Source of the DNA: Spirochaetia bacterium
GTDB taxonomy: Bacteria; Spirochaetota; Spirochaetia; DSM-2461
Reading direction: 5' to 3'
NCBI GenBank assembly: GCA_963668315.1
Contig: OY764216.1
Location: 5,344,001 to 5,408,000 of the forward strand
Length of the DNA stretch: 64,000 bases
Shown here: one piece after another, positions 56,416 to 64,000 of the stretch
Position numbering within the stretch: position 1 is the stretch's first letter
Layout of the letters: the number at the start of each line of letters is the position of its first letter
Program-made: the position numbers and the translations under genes
Notes under the pieces: generated by a model
The model's input: the letters and a program-made list of their open reading frames with translations, nothing else
What the model was told of the DNA's origin: nothing
Databases searched by the model: none

Positions 56416-57228
56416 ATGGCGGTACTGGGAATTATCACCTGCGAAATCCTCGGAGAGGAAATGGCCTCCCTTATCGCCGGCGAGCATGATCTCTCCTCTA
56501 TCACGATCATAGATGATCCCCAGGCGAAACACCTCATGGAAGCCCTTTCTCAGAGATGTGATACGCCGGTGCAGCCGATTCCCCATGTGTCCGCCTATCT
56601 CTCCTCCGGAACGGGATGGGAGATTCTCATAAAGGTAATGGAAGTCGGACTGCATACTCACAGGGAAAAGATGCGCCGGCGACTCCGCGGAGAAGCCCTG
56701 GCCTTCGAACGATATATAGATGCCCTGATGCTGGGTTTCGGCCTATGCGGCGGGGCGCTGACCCGTCCCGGGGAACTGCTTGACCTCCGCTGCCCCCTCT
56801 TTTTCCCCCGTGAGGGGGATTCTCCCCCGGCGGACTGCATTTCCATCTGCCTGGGAGGAGACGGGGAATATGAAAGGGAAAGGCGGCGGGAAGCGGGAAC
56901 CTATTATATAACGGCAGGCTGGAGCCGTTACTGGCGTGATGCCCTAGAACGGGAAACTGCGGTACGGAGGGAGCAGCTCTCTCCTTTTTTCGACCGCCGG
57001 ATCATGGCCCGCTACGAACGGATACTGGTCATAGACAACGGGGTGACTCCCCGGCCTCTCCTCATGGAAGGGGCCGAAAAGCTTTCACATCTGACGAATC
57101 TGGAGATTTGTGAAAGGAAAGGGTCCCTCTGCCGTCTGAGTGCCTGTTACCGGGAAGCCAGAGAGGCGGTTCAGGAGAGGAGCGGGGATTTGAGCGGCGT
57201 CCGCACCTATGATTTATCAAGGGGATGA
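56416..57228 (+). CDS. DUF1638-family protein
   Basis: GIITCEIL..E, GLH, LGFGLCGG, DCISICLGG, GTYYITAGW, YERILVID.G. Confidence 0.8.
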   Translation: MAVLGIITCEILGEEMASLIAGEHDLSSITIIDDPQAKHLMEALSQRCDTPVQPIPHVSAYLSSGTGWEILIKVMEVGLHTHREKMRRRLRGEALAFERYIDALMLGFGLCGGALTRPGELLDLRCPLFFPREGDSPPADCISICLGGDGEYERERRREAGTYYITAGWSRYWRDALERETAVRREQLSPFFDRRIMARYERILVIDNGVTPRPLLMEGAEKLSHLTNLEICERKGSLCRLSACYREAREAVQERSGDLSGVRTYDLSRG

Positions 57229-57229
57229 C

Positions 57230-60200
57230 ATGGATTTAGCCCAGGTAAAAATTCAGGACCTCCAGCTCGTTCACAAGGGAAAGATGTCCAGCATCTACCG
57301 GCTGGATAACGCAGAGGACGGGAGAACTGTGGCGCTGAAAATAACAAACAGCCTCTCCCCCCGCAGCGAAGAACCGGAAAGACTGGCAAATGAACTGAAT
57401 ATTTCCCGAAATTTTACCATCCCCGGTCTGCGAAAAGCCCTCGGATCGGGAAAGGTAGAAGGCCGATCAGCCATTGTCCTCGAGTGGGTGGAAGGGAAAA
57501 CCCTCAGGGAAATCTGCCCCGGGGGGCCGGATATTGATTATCTGAAAAAACTGACCATAGCCCGGAATGTCGCAGGAAACCTGACGGAGCTTCATAAACT
57601 CAATATTATCTATAAGAACCTTAACAGCGAAAATATCCTTGTGGCCGGGGACCTGAAAACAACCCTTATTGATTTTTCCCTCGCCGGCCACGGTTCACGG
57701 TCGTCCCTCCCCGTTCTTTCCGGAAAAAACGAGGGGGATTTTGCCTATACGGCTCCGGAACAGACGGGAAGGACGGACTTACCCATGGACTATCGGGCCG
57801 ACCTCTACTCCCTGGGAGTGCTGCTGTACGAGCTTTTCAGCGGAAAGCTGCCCTTCTCGGGAGAGAACGCCTACGAACTGATCTACGAACATATAACCCG
57901 AATCCCCAGGGAGCTTTACCTGGTGGACCGGGAACACCCCCGGGTTCTTTCCGATATTGTCATGAAACTTCTGAATAAAAATCCCGATGAGCGGTATCAG
58001 ACAGCCTACGGCGTATACAGCGATCTGGAAAACGCCCTCAAACAGTACATGGACAAGGGCTCGATAGACCCCTTTGAATTATGCCGCAACGATATATCCG
58101 GCCATCTTCTGACGGGAGAGAATCTATATGTCCGGGAGGAGAAACTGGAAGATCTTAAGAAAGCCTACGGGAAAGCCCTGTCGGGGAACCAGCAGGTCCT
58201 GCTGCTGACCGGTCCGGCAGGGACGGGCAAAACTCTACTTGTGAATGAATTTAAAAAAATCGTTCAGAAGAATAGAGGGATTTTCGTCTCAGGCTCTTTT
58301 GACCAGTATAAAAAACATGTGCTATTCAACGGCCTGAATCAGGCTCTGACAGCTCTTGTCGGCTCTCTCACCCGCTATGAATCGGATCGTCTTCAGAAGC
58401 TGGGCGACAAACTGCAGGAAGAGACACTCCTTATGACCGAACCGATGACGACTCTCTTCCCCCAGTTGAAGCCGCTGTTTTCCCGACGCCGCTCCCCCGG
58501 TTCTCCCGGCCCTTTCAGTGAGGAACGGCTCCTTTCGTCCGTTCACAGGGTTCTCTCCTTTCTGGCCCGTGAGTGCCGGCCCCTGGTCCTCTTTCTCGAC
58601 GATCTGCAATGGGCCGATTCCACCACGGTCAAACTGATAGAAGCCCTGATAGACGACAGAGACGGAGCTCCCCTGCTGTTCATCGGGGCCATGGACAATT
58701 CCGCGGCCCTTAGCGATGATTATAATAAATCACCGGATATCCTAAGGAAACTGACAGCCCATGCGTCCCTGATAACCATAGAGCTGGAGAACCTGGACCG
58801 CGGCTCGTTCATCAGCTTTCTCAAGGATATCCTTCTCCGGGAAGACAAAGAGATGCTGAGCCTGGCCGAAGATCTCTACGGGAAAACCGGCGGCAACCCT
58901 CAGCTTACCATCGACTATATCTACTCCCTCTACCGGGAAGGATCCCTCTATTTCGATTTCGAGGCCAGGATGTGGAGCTGGGATACCGGGGCCCTGGACG
59001 AAAAAAACGCCTTAGTCGATATATCCAGCACCACGTCCCATACACTGGAACAGCTCTCCCCTTCCTGTCGGGAACTGCTGACGGCGGCCTCCTGCATAGG
59101 AGACCGGTTCAGCCTCGACCTCCTTGCTTCCCTCAAAAAATGGGATATCAAGAGAATCAGAGACGATCTGGAGGAGGCCGTAAAAGCCTTCCTCATTGCC
59201 CCCGTTCAGCCCGAAGGCTACACTCCCGGCTCCCCTGAGGATCGGGAGGGCGAGTCACATATCTACCATTTCACCCATGCCTACATAAGAAGAATTGCCA
59301 ATGCCCTCCTTTCCTCCCGGGAAAAGCGCAGGCTCCATTTTTCCCTGGGGCAGAATTATCTCGAGGTGTACTCCCGGGATGAACTGGAAGCCCATCTGTT
59401 TGATGTAGCCGATCAGTTAAATGAGGGCTTTCAATATATAAAGAAGCCGGAAAAGCTCCGCGAACTGGCTGAATTGAACCTGAGGGCGGGAAAAAAGGCC
59501 CTCAGTTTCGGTCTCCATAAGTCAGCCACCAGATACCTGAATATGGGAGTCGGCCTCCTCCCCGTCAGCCGGTGGGAGACGGCCCCCGCGCTGTGCCTGG
59601 ATTTTTACCAGCAGATCCTGGAAGCGGAATATCTGAGCCAGAATTATTCCCGGGTTCTGACGATCGCCTCGGAACTTGAGTTCCACTCCCGCGACCCGGA
59701 GATTACACGGAAAATCCATAGATACAGAATACTGGCCTACTCGGCCCAGGGTGACTACAAGGAAGCGTTTCAATCATCCCTGAATGCTCTGGACTCCCTG
59801 GGGCTGCTGAACAGAGAGGATATTCCCCTGGCCTCCCTGTCCCGGACGATTACCCCGGTTCAGATGGATATGGTATCCATCATCAAGGCGACCCATACCC
59901 TCTCCAGGGAGATTCATCTGGAAAGCCTTCTGGAAAAATTCATCCTCATTGTCATGGAAAATGCGGGGGCCGACAAGGGGGTTCTCATCATCGAAGAGGA
60001 GGGAGAAATGAATATTCTCTGCCAGGCCAGCAGAGGGCCCGAGACGGAGATTACCCGAGAAAGAACTCCCTACAGGACCAGCGAGGCGGTTCCCCTGTCG
60101 GTGATTGACGCCGTCATCAACAGCAAGGAGGAAGTCATACTGGGAAATGCCCTTCATAACTCGACCCTTTCGGGAGACGACTACATAGCAAAGAATCAGG

Positions 60201-61933
60201 TTTTGTCCATTCTGGCCCTTCCTATCATGCACCAGAGCAATATGATGGGGGTTCTCTATCTGGAGAACAGATTAATGGCCAATGTCTTTCTCAAGGATCA
60301 CCTCCAGCTCCTTAACGTTCTGGTCACCCAGGCGGCCATATCCATTCAGATTGCCCAGCTCTACACCAGCCTCGAGGGGAAAATCAAGGAACTGGAAAAA
60401 ACCCAGAAGGCCCTGCTCGAGTCCAGGACATGGCTCGATCAGATTATCAACGCCGTGCCCGATCCTATTTTCGTGAAGGACAGCCGGCATAAGTGGATAC
60501 TTCTGAATAACTCTTTCTGCCATCTCATGGGACTGACGAAGGACGATATCATCGGAAAGATGGACTATGATCTATTCAAGAAGTCCGAGGCCGAAGTCTT
60601 CTGGGCCAAGGATGAGGAGGTCCTTCACTCGGGAACGGAAAATATCAATGAGGAGACACTGACCGACACATCCGGTGAGATTCACACCCTTGTCACCAAA
60701 AAGGACCGCTACACCGATAAGGGGGGGAATCATTATATCGTCGGTATTATCCGGGATATCACCGAACAGGTAAAACTGGAGGGGCAGCTCCAGCAGAAGG
60801 CCAAGCTGGAAGCGGTCGGCCGCCTTGCCGGCGGGGTCGCCCACGATTTCAACAATATGCTCGGGGCCATACTGGGCTACGGGGAAATAGCCCTTGAACA
60901 GACCTCTCCCGGTGATCCGGTGAACTCCGCCCTGACCGAAATCATGGAAGCGGCCACCCGCTCCGCCGATATAACCCGCCAGCTGCTCGCCTTTGCCAGA
61001 AAGCAGACGGTGGCGCCGAAAGTGATTGACATTAACGATATCATCATCGGCATGCTGAATATGATCCGCCGTCTCATCGGAGAAAATATTGAGCTCCACT
61101 GGACCCCGGGGAATAACCTCTGGAAAGTGAAGATGGATCCGTCCCAGATTGATCAGATACTGGTCAATCTGTGTGTGAACGCAAAAGATGCCATGCAGAC
61201 GGGGGGAACAATATCCATAGAAACGGGAACGGAGAGTTTTGACGAGGAGTTCTGCCGGAACGAACTGGGTTTTCTTCCGGGGGATTTTGTCTATATCTCG
61301 GTCAGGGATACGGGCTGCGGCATGGATGAGCAGACCCGGGAGCATATTTTTGAACCCTTCTTCACGACGAAAGGCATCAATAAGGGAACCGGGCTCGGCC
61401 TGGCTACCGTATACGGCATAGTGAAGCAGAACTCGGGCTTTATCAAAGTCTACAGTACAACGGGAGAAGGGACAGAGTTCAAGATTTTCCTGAGCCGGGA
61501 AAACGAACGGGAGAAACGGGACGATCAGAAAAAAGGAGAAGAGACTCTGCTCAGGGGAAAGGAGACCATTCTGCTGGTCGAAGACGAGCCGGTGATTCTC
61601 AAACTGGCCCGGACGATTCTGGAGCAGCTGGGATATACGGTCCTCTATGCCGGTTCGGCGGCGAAAGCCCTGGAATTGGCGGAAAAGAAAAAACAGGAGA
61701 TTGACCTTCTGCTGACCGATGTAGTCATGCCCGATATGAACGGTTCGGAATTATCGGAAAAACTCAGAGAAATGATACCCGGCCTGCGCTGCCTTTTCAT
61801 GTCCGGGTATCCCGCCAATGTGGTAACCCAGCAGGGGATTCTGGACAGTGCGGTCAATTATCTGCAGAAGCCCTTTTCAAAGACGGAAATGTCGATCAAG
61901 GTCCGCAGGGTCCTTGATGCTCCCCTATCCTGA
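57230..61933 (+). CDS. HstK-like multidomain sensor: Ser/Thr (pseudo)kinase, STAND AAA ATPase, GAF, PAS, His kinase, receiver
   Basis: VALK, YTAPEQTGR, DLYSLG; GPAGTGKT and LFLDDLQWAD; GAF GVLYLEN; PAS PDPIFVKD; AHDFNN; EPFFTTK; LTDVVMP. Confidence 0.93.
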   Translation: MDLAQVKIQDLQLVHKGKMSSIYRLDNAEDGRTVALKITNSLSPRSEEPERLANELNISRNFTIPGLRKALGSGKVEGRSAIVLEWVEGKTLREICPGGPDIDYLKKLTIARNVAGNLTELHKLNIIYKNLNSENILVAGDLKTTLIDFSLAGHGSRSSLPVLSGKNEGDFAYTAPEQTGRTDLPMDYRADLYSLGVLLYELFSGKLPFSGENAYELIYEHITRIPRELYLVDREHPRVLSDIVMKLLNKNPDERYQTAYGVYSDLENALKQYMDKGSIDPFELCRNDISGHLLTGENLYVREEKLEDLKKAYGKALSGNQQVLLLTGPAGTGKTLLVNEFKKIVQKNRGIFVSGSFDQYKKHVLFNGLNQALTALVGSLTRYESDRLQKLGDKLQEETLLMTEPMTTLFPQLKPLFSRRRSPGSPGPFSEERLLSSVHRVLSFLARECRPLVLFLDDLQWADSTTVKLIEALIDDRDGAPLLFIGAMDNSAALSDDYNKSPDILRKLTAHASLITIELENLDRGSFISFLKDILLREDKEMLSLAEDLYGKTGGNPQLTIDYIYSLYREGSLYFDFEARMWSWDTGALDEKNALVDISSTTSHTLEQLSPSCRELLTAASCIGDRFSLDLLASLKKWDIKRIRDDLEEAVKAFLIAPVQPEGYTPGSPEDREGESHIYHFTHAYIRRIANALLSSREKRRLHFSLGQNYLEVYSRDELEAHLFDVADQLNEGFQYIKKPEKLRELAELNLRAGKKALSFGLHKSATRYLNMGVGLLPVSRWETAPALCLDFYQQILEAEYLSQNYSRVLTIASELEFHSRDPEITRKIHRYRILAYSAQGDYKEAFQSSLNALDSLGLLNREDIPLASLSRTITPVQMDMVSIIKATHTLSREIHLESLLEKFILIVMENAGADKGVLIIEEEGEMNILCQASRGPETEITRERTPYRTSEAVPLSVIDAVINSKEEVILGNALHNSTLSGDDYIAKNQVLSILALPIMHQSNMMGVLYLENRLMANVFLKDHLQLLNVLVTQAAISIQIAQLYTSLEGKIKELEKTQKALLESRTWLDQIINAVPDPIFVKDSRHKWILLNNSFCHLMGLTKDDIIGKMDYDLFKKSEAEVFWAKDEEVLHSGTENINEETLTDTSGEIHTLVTKKDRYTDKGGNHYIVGIIRDITEQVKLEGQLQQKAKLEAVGRLAGGVAHDFNNMLGAILGYGEIALEQTSPGDPVNSALTEIMEAATRSADITRQLLAFARKQTVAPKVIDINDIIIGMLNMIRRLIGENIELHWTPGNNLWKVKMDPSQIDQILVNLCVNAKDAMQTGGTISIETGTESFDEEFCRNELGFLPGDFVYISVRDTGCGMDEQTREHIFEPFFTTKGINKGTGLGLATVYGIVKQNSGFIKVYSTTGEGTEFKIFLSRENEREKRDDQKKGEETLLRGKETILLVEDEPVILKLARTILEQLGYTVLYAGSAAKALELAEKKKQEIDLLLTDVVMPDMNGSELSEKLREMIPGLRCLFMSGYPANVVTQQGILDSAVNYLQKPFSKTEMSIKVRRVLDAPLS

Positions 61934-61944
61934 TCTCCGAGGTA

Positions 61945-61976
61945 CCGGCGGGAAGAACGAAGAAACTTCCCGCCGG
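61945..61976. terminator. Perfect 11-bp hairpin between convergent genes
   Basis: CCGGCGGGAAG-N10-CTTCCCGCCGG; no U tract. Confidence 0.6.
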
Positions 61977-61993
61977 CATAGGGTTCTCTCTAT

Positions 61994-63142
61994 CTACATC
62001 AAAGATTTATAGAGGGCGATAACATCTTCCTTGGTAGGAGTCCGGGGATTTCCCGGCTGACAGGCGTCTGCCATGGCGGAATCGGAAAGAAAATCCAGGT
62101 CCACTTCCTTGGCGATACCCTTGAGATTCTGGGGAATATCAATATCCCTGGAAAGGGATTTGACCGCGTCGATGGCGGCTTTGCGGTACTCGGCCCGGCT
62201 CATGGATTCGGTGTTCTCCACGCCCATGGCCTGGGCGATATACTTGTACTTGTCGCCGGTGTACTCCGCATTGTACTCCATAACCGTAGGCAGAAGAATG
62301 GCGCAGGCGACCCCATGGGGCGTATCGTAGAAAGCACTGAGCGTATGGGCCATGGAGTGGTCGATTCCCAGGCCGACGTTGGAAAATCCCATCCCGGCGA
62401 TATACTGTCCCAGGGCCATGTCCTCACGGGCTTTCTCGTCTCCCTTGACGGAATCCCTGAGGGAGCGGCCGATGATTTCGATGGCTTTAAGGTGCATCAT
62501 GTCGGTCATTTCCCAGGCGCCTTTGGTTATGTAGCCTTCGATCGCGTGGGTCAGGGCGTCCATTCCGGTGGAAGCGCAGAGTTTGGCGGGCATGCTCATC
62601 ATCATGTCAGGATCGACACAGGCGATGATAGGAATGTCATTCGTATCGACACAAACGAATTTTCTCTTTTTCTCAAGGTCGGTAATAACGTAGTTGATCG
62701 TTACCTCGGCGGCCGTTCCGGCTGTGGTGGGCACGGCGATGATGGGAACGCATTTGTTCTTGGTGGGAGCCACTCCCTCCAGGCTGCGCACATCGGCGAA
62801 TTCCGGATTGTTGATAATGATGCCGACAGCCTTGGCCGTATCCATGGAGGAACCGCCGCCTATGGCGATAATATAATCGGCACCGGCTTTTTTGTAGGCT
62901 TCCACGCCGCTGAGCACGTTCTCGATGGGAGGATTCGGTTTGATATCGGAGAAAAGCTCATAGGAAAGACCGGCGCCGTCCAGGACATCGGTGACCTTCT
63001 TCGTGACGTTGAATTTAATCAGGTCCGGGTCGGAACAGATAAAAGCCTTCTTCCAGCCGTGCAGTTTCACTTCATCGACGATGCAGGCAATCGCACCTTT
63101 TCCGTGGTAGGATGTTTCATTAAGGGTGATTCTATTTGCCAT
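61994..63142 (-). CDS. fucO: Lactaldehyde reductase (Fe-dependent alcohol dehydrogenase)
   Basis: MANRITLNETSYHG, IGGGSSMDTAK, PTTAGTAAEVTINYVITD, DALTHAIEGY, HSMAH...HG. Confidence 0.9.
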   Translation of the reverse strand: MANRITLNETSYHGKGAIACIVDEVKLHGWKKAFICSDPDLIKFNVTKKVTDVLDGAGLSYELFSDIKPNPPIENVLSGVEAYKKAGADYIIAIGGGSSMDTAKAVGIIINNPEFADVRSLEGVAPTKNKCVPIIAVPTTAGTAAEVTINYVITDLEKKRKFVCVDTNDIPIIACVDPDMMMSMPAKLCASTGMDALTHAIEGYITKGAWEMTDMMHLKAIEIIGRSLRDSVKGDEKAREDMALGQYIAGMGFSNVGLGIDHSMAHTLSAFYDTPHGVACAILLPTVMEYNAEYTGDKYKYIAQAMGVENTESMSRAEYRKAAIDAVKSLSRDIDIPQNLKGIAKEVDLDFLSDSAMADACQPGNPRTPTKEDVIALYKSLM

Positions 63143-63289
63143 AATATTTCTCCTTGATATATCAGGCGGACAGCAGTAATTTCCGGCCGCCGTAAAGATT
63201 CGAAATGTATTATGACAGTATTATGCCGCCCCTTGGGGGAAGGCTCAAGTGACAGATATTTCAAAGTGTAACTTTTTATCGATATTTTT

Positions 63290-63847
63290 TTAACTTTTCT
63301 GCAGTTCGGGCAGCAGGAGGACGGCCAGCCGGGCGGGAAGGGCCTCTATCAGGCAGTCAGCCAGGGTTTCGGAGGACTTTTCCATACCGCTGACGGCCCA
63401 CTCGACGGTCATGGAAATGGAGCCGTGACAATAGAGTTCCAGGATGAACCGGATCTCCTCGTCCAGGGGTTTTCCCGTTTGCCTGCGGATGATATTGGTA
63501 TAGAACTCCAGAATAAAGTCGTAGTCATGCTGCTTGATGGAGTTGTAATCGGAAGATTTGAATGCCTGGGCAAAAAAGACCCCCTCCCGCCGGATAAAAT
63601 CAAATTTGAGAATCAGCCCCTCCCTGAGGCTCAGGGTCACCCCCATCTGCTCAAAGCACTCTCTGGCCAGAATATCGAAGCACCAGTTGACCAGATCGTA
63701 CTTATCCCGGAAATGACGGTAGAACGTCTGCCTGGTCACCCCGGCGTCTTTCACCACATCGGTGACGGTAATGCGTTCGAGGGACGTCTGTTCCATCAGT
63801 TTTTTAATGGATGAAGCCATTTTAGATGTTGCGCTGTTCCTTCCCAT
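63290..63847 (-). CDS. TetR/AcrR-family regulator (DhaS-like)
   Basis: ERITVTDVVKDAGVTRQTFYRHFRDKYDL HTH. Confidence 0.9.
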   Translation of the reverse strand: MGRNSATSKMASSIKKLMEQTSLERITVTDVVKDAGVTRQTFYRHFRDKYDLVNWCFDILARECFEQMGVTLSLREGLILKFDFIRREGVFFAQAFKSSDYNSIKQHDYDFILEFYTNIIRRQTGKPLDEEIRFILELYCHGSISMTVEWAVSGMEKSSETLADCLIEALPARLAVLLLPELQKS

Positions 63848-63908
63848 TATTACCCTACCTCTGCTTCAGTATATGGATCATAAACCTGTTTTTGTATATT
63901 ATCAAAGA

Positions 63909-64000
63909 ATGAGCGGACAGGAAAGAAAAAATATTCATCCCGGACTGGAAGTCAATATTGTCCTGAAAAAGGATCAGCGAAGCGGAAATCTGACCAGGGG
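63909..64000 (+). CDS. YwbE (DUF2196) family protein, partial
   Basis: Read manually: MSGQERKNIHPGLEVNIVLKKDQRSGNLTRG... Confidence 0.8.
   Translation, partial: MSGQERKNIHPGLEVNIVLKKDQRSGNLTR

Overview
This is a chromosomal window from a moderately GC-rich anaerobic bacterium, most likely a free-living Spirochaetales member. The taxon is inferred from signal-peptide style and gene content and is not proven. Contents in order: (1) a lemA/TPM/TPM operon, a hydrolase, a divergent ROK protein, an HD-GYP protein and a multicopper oxidase; (2) a hydE, aspartase-like lyase, hydF operon with a structured leader and no hydG; (3) tRNA-Leu(CAG) followed by an AT-rich accessory region containing a probable integrase stub and a nitroreductase broken by two nested IS256 elements, both 8-bp target duplications readable; (4) a glucarate/aldarate catabolic cluster that uses a DHDPS-family enzyme and an ABC importer; (5) a racemase, a class III cyclase-like protein, a GH120 glycosidase and an esterase lipoprotein with an in-frame TGA; (6) Moco biosynthesis genes; (7) paired beta-barrel genes and a hybrid kinase; (8) an FMN-ylated, urocanate-reductase-like lipoprotein; (9) the most notable locus, an AraC, mtaC, mtaB, archaeal-type ramA, DUF1638 cluster. 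That cluster has no methyltransferase II and runs directly into a 1567-aa pseudokinase/STAND-ATPase/GAF/PAS/His-kinase/receiver protein. All family calls come from motif recognition by eye; no database searches were run.
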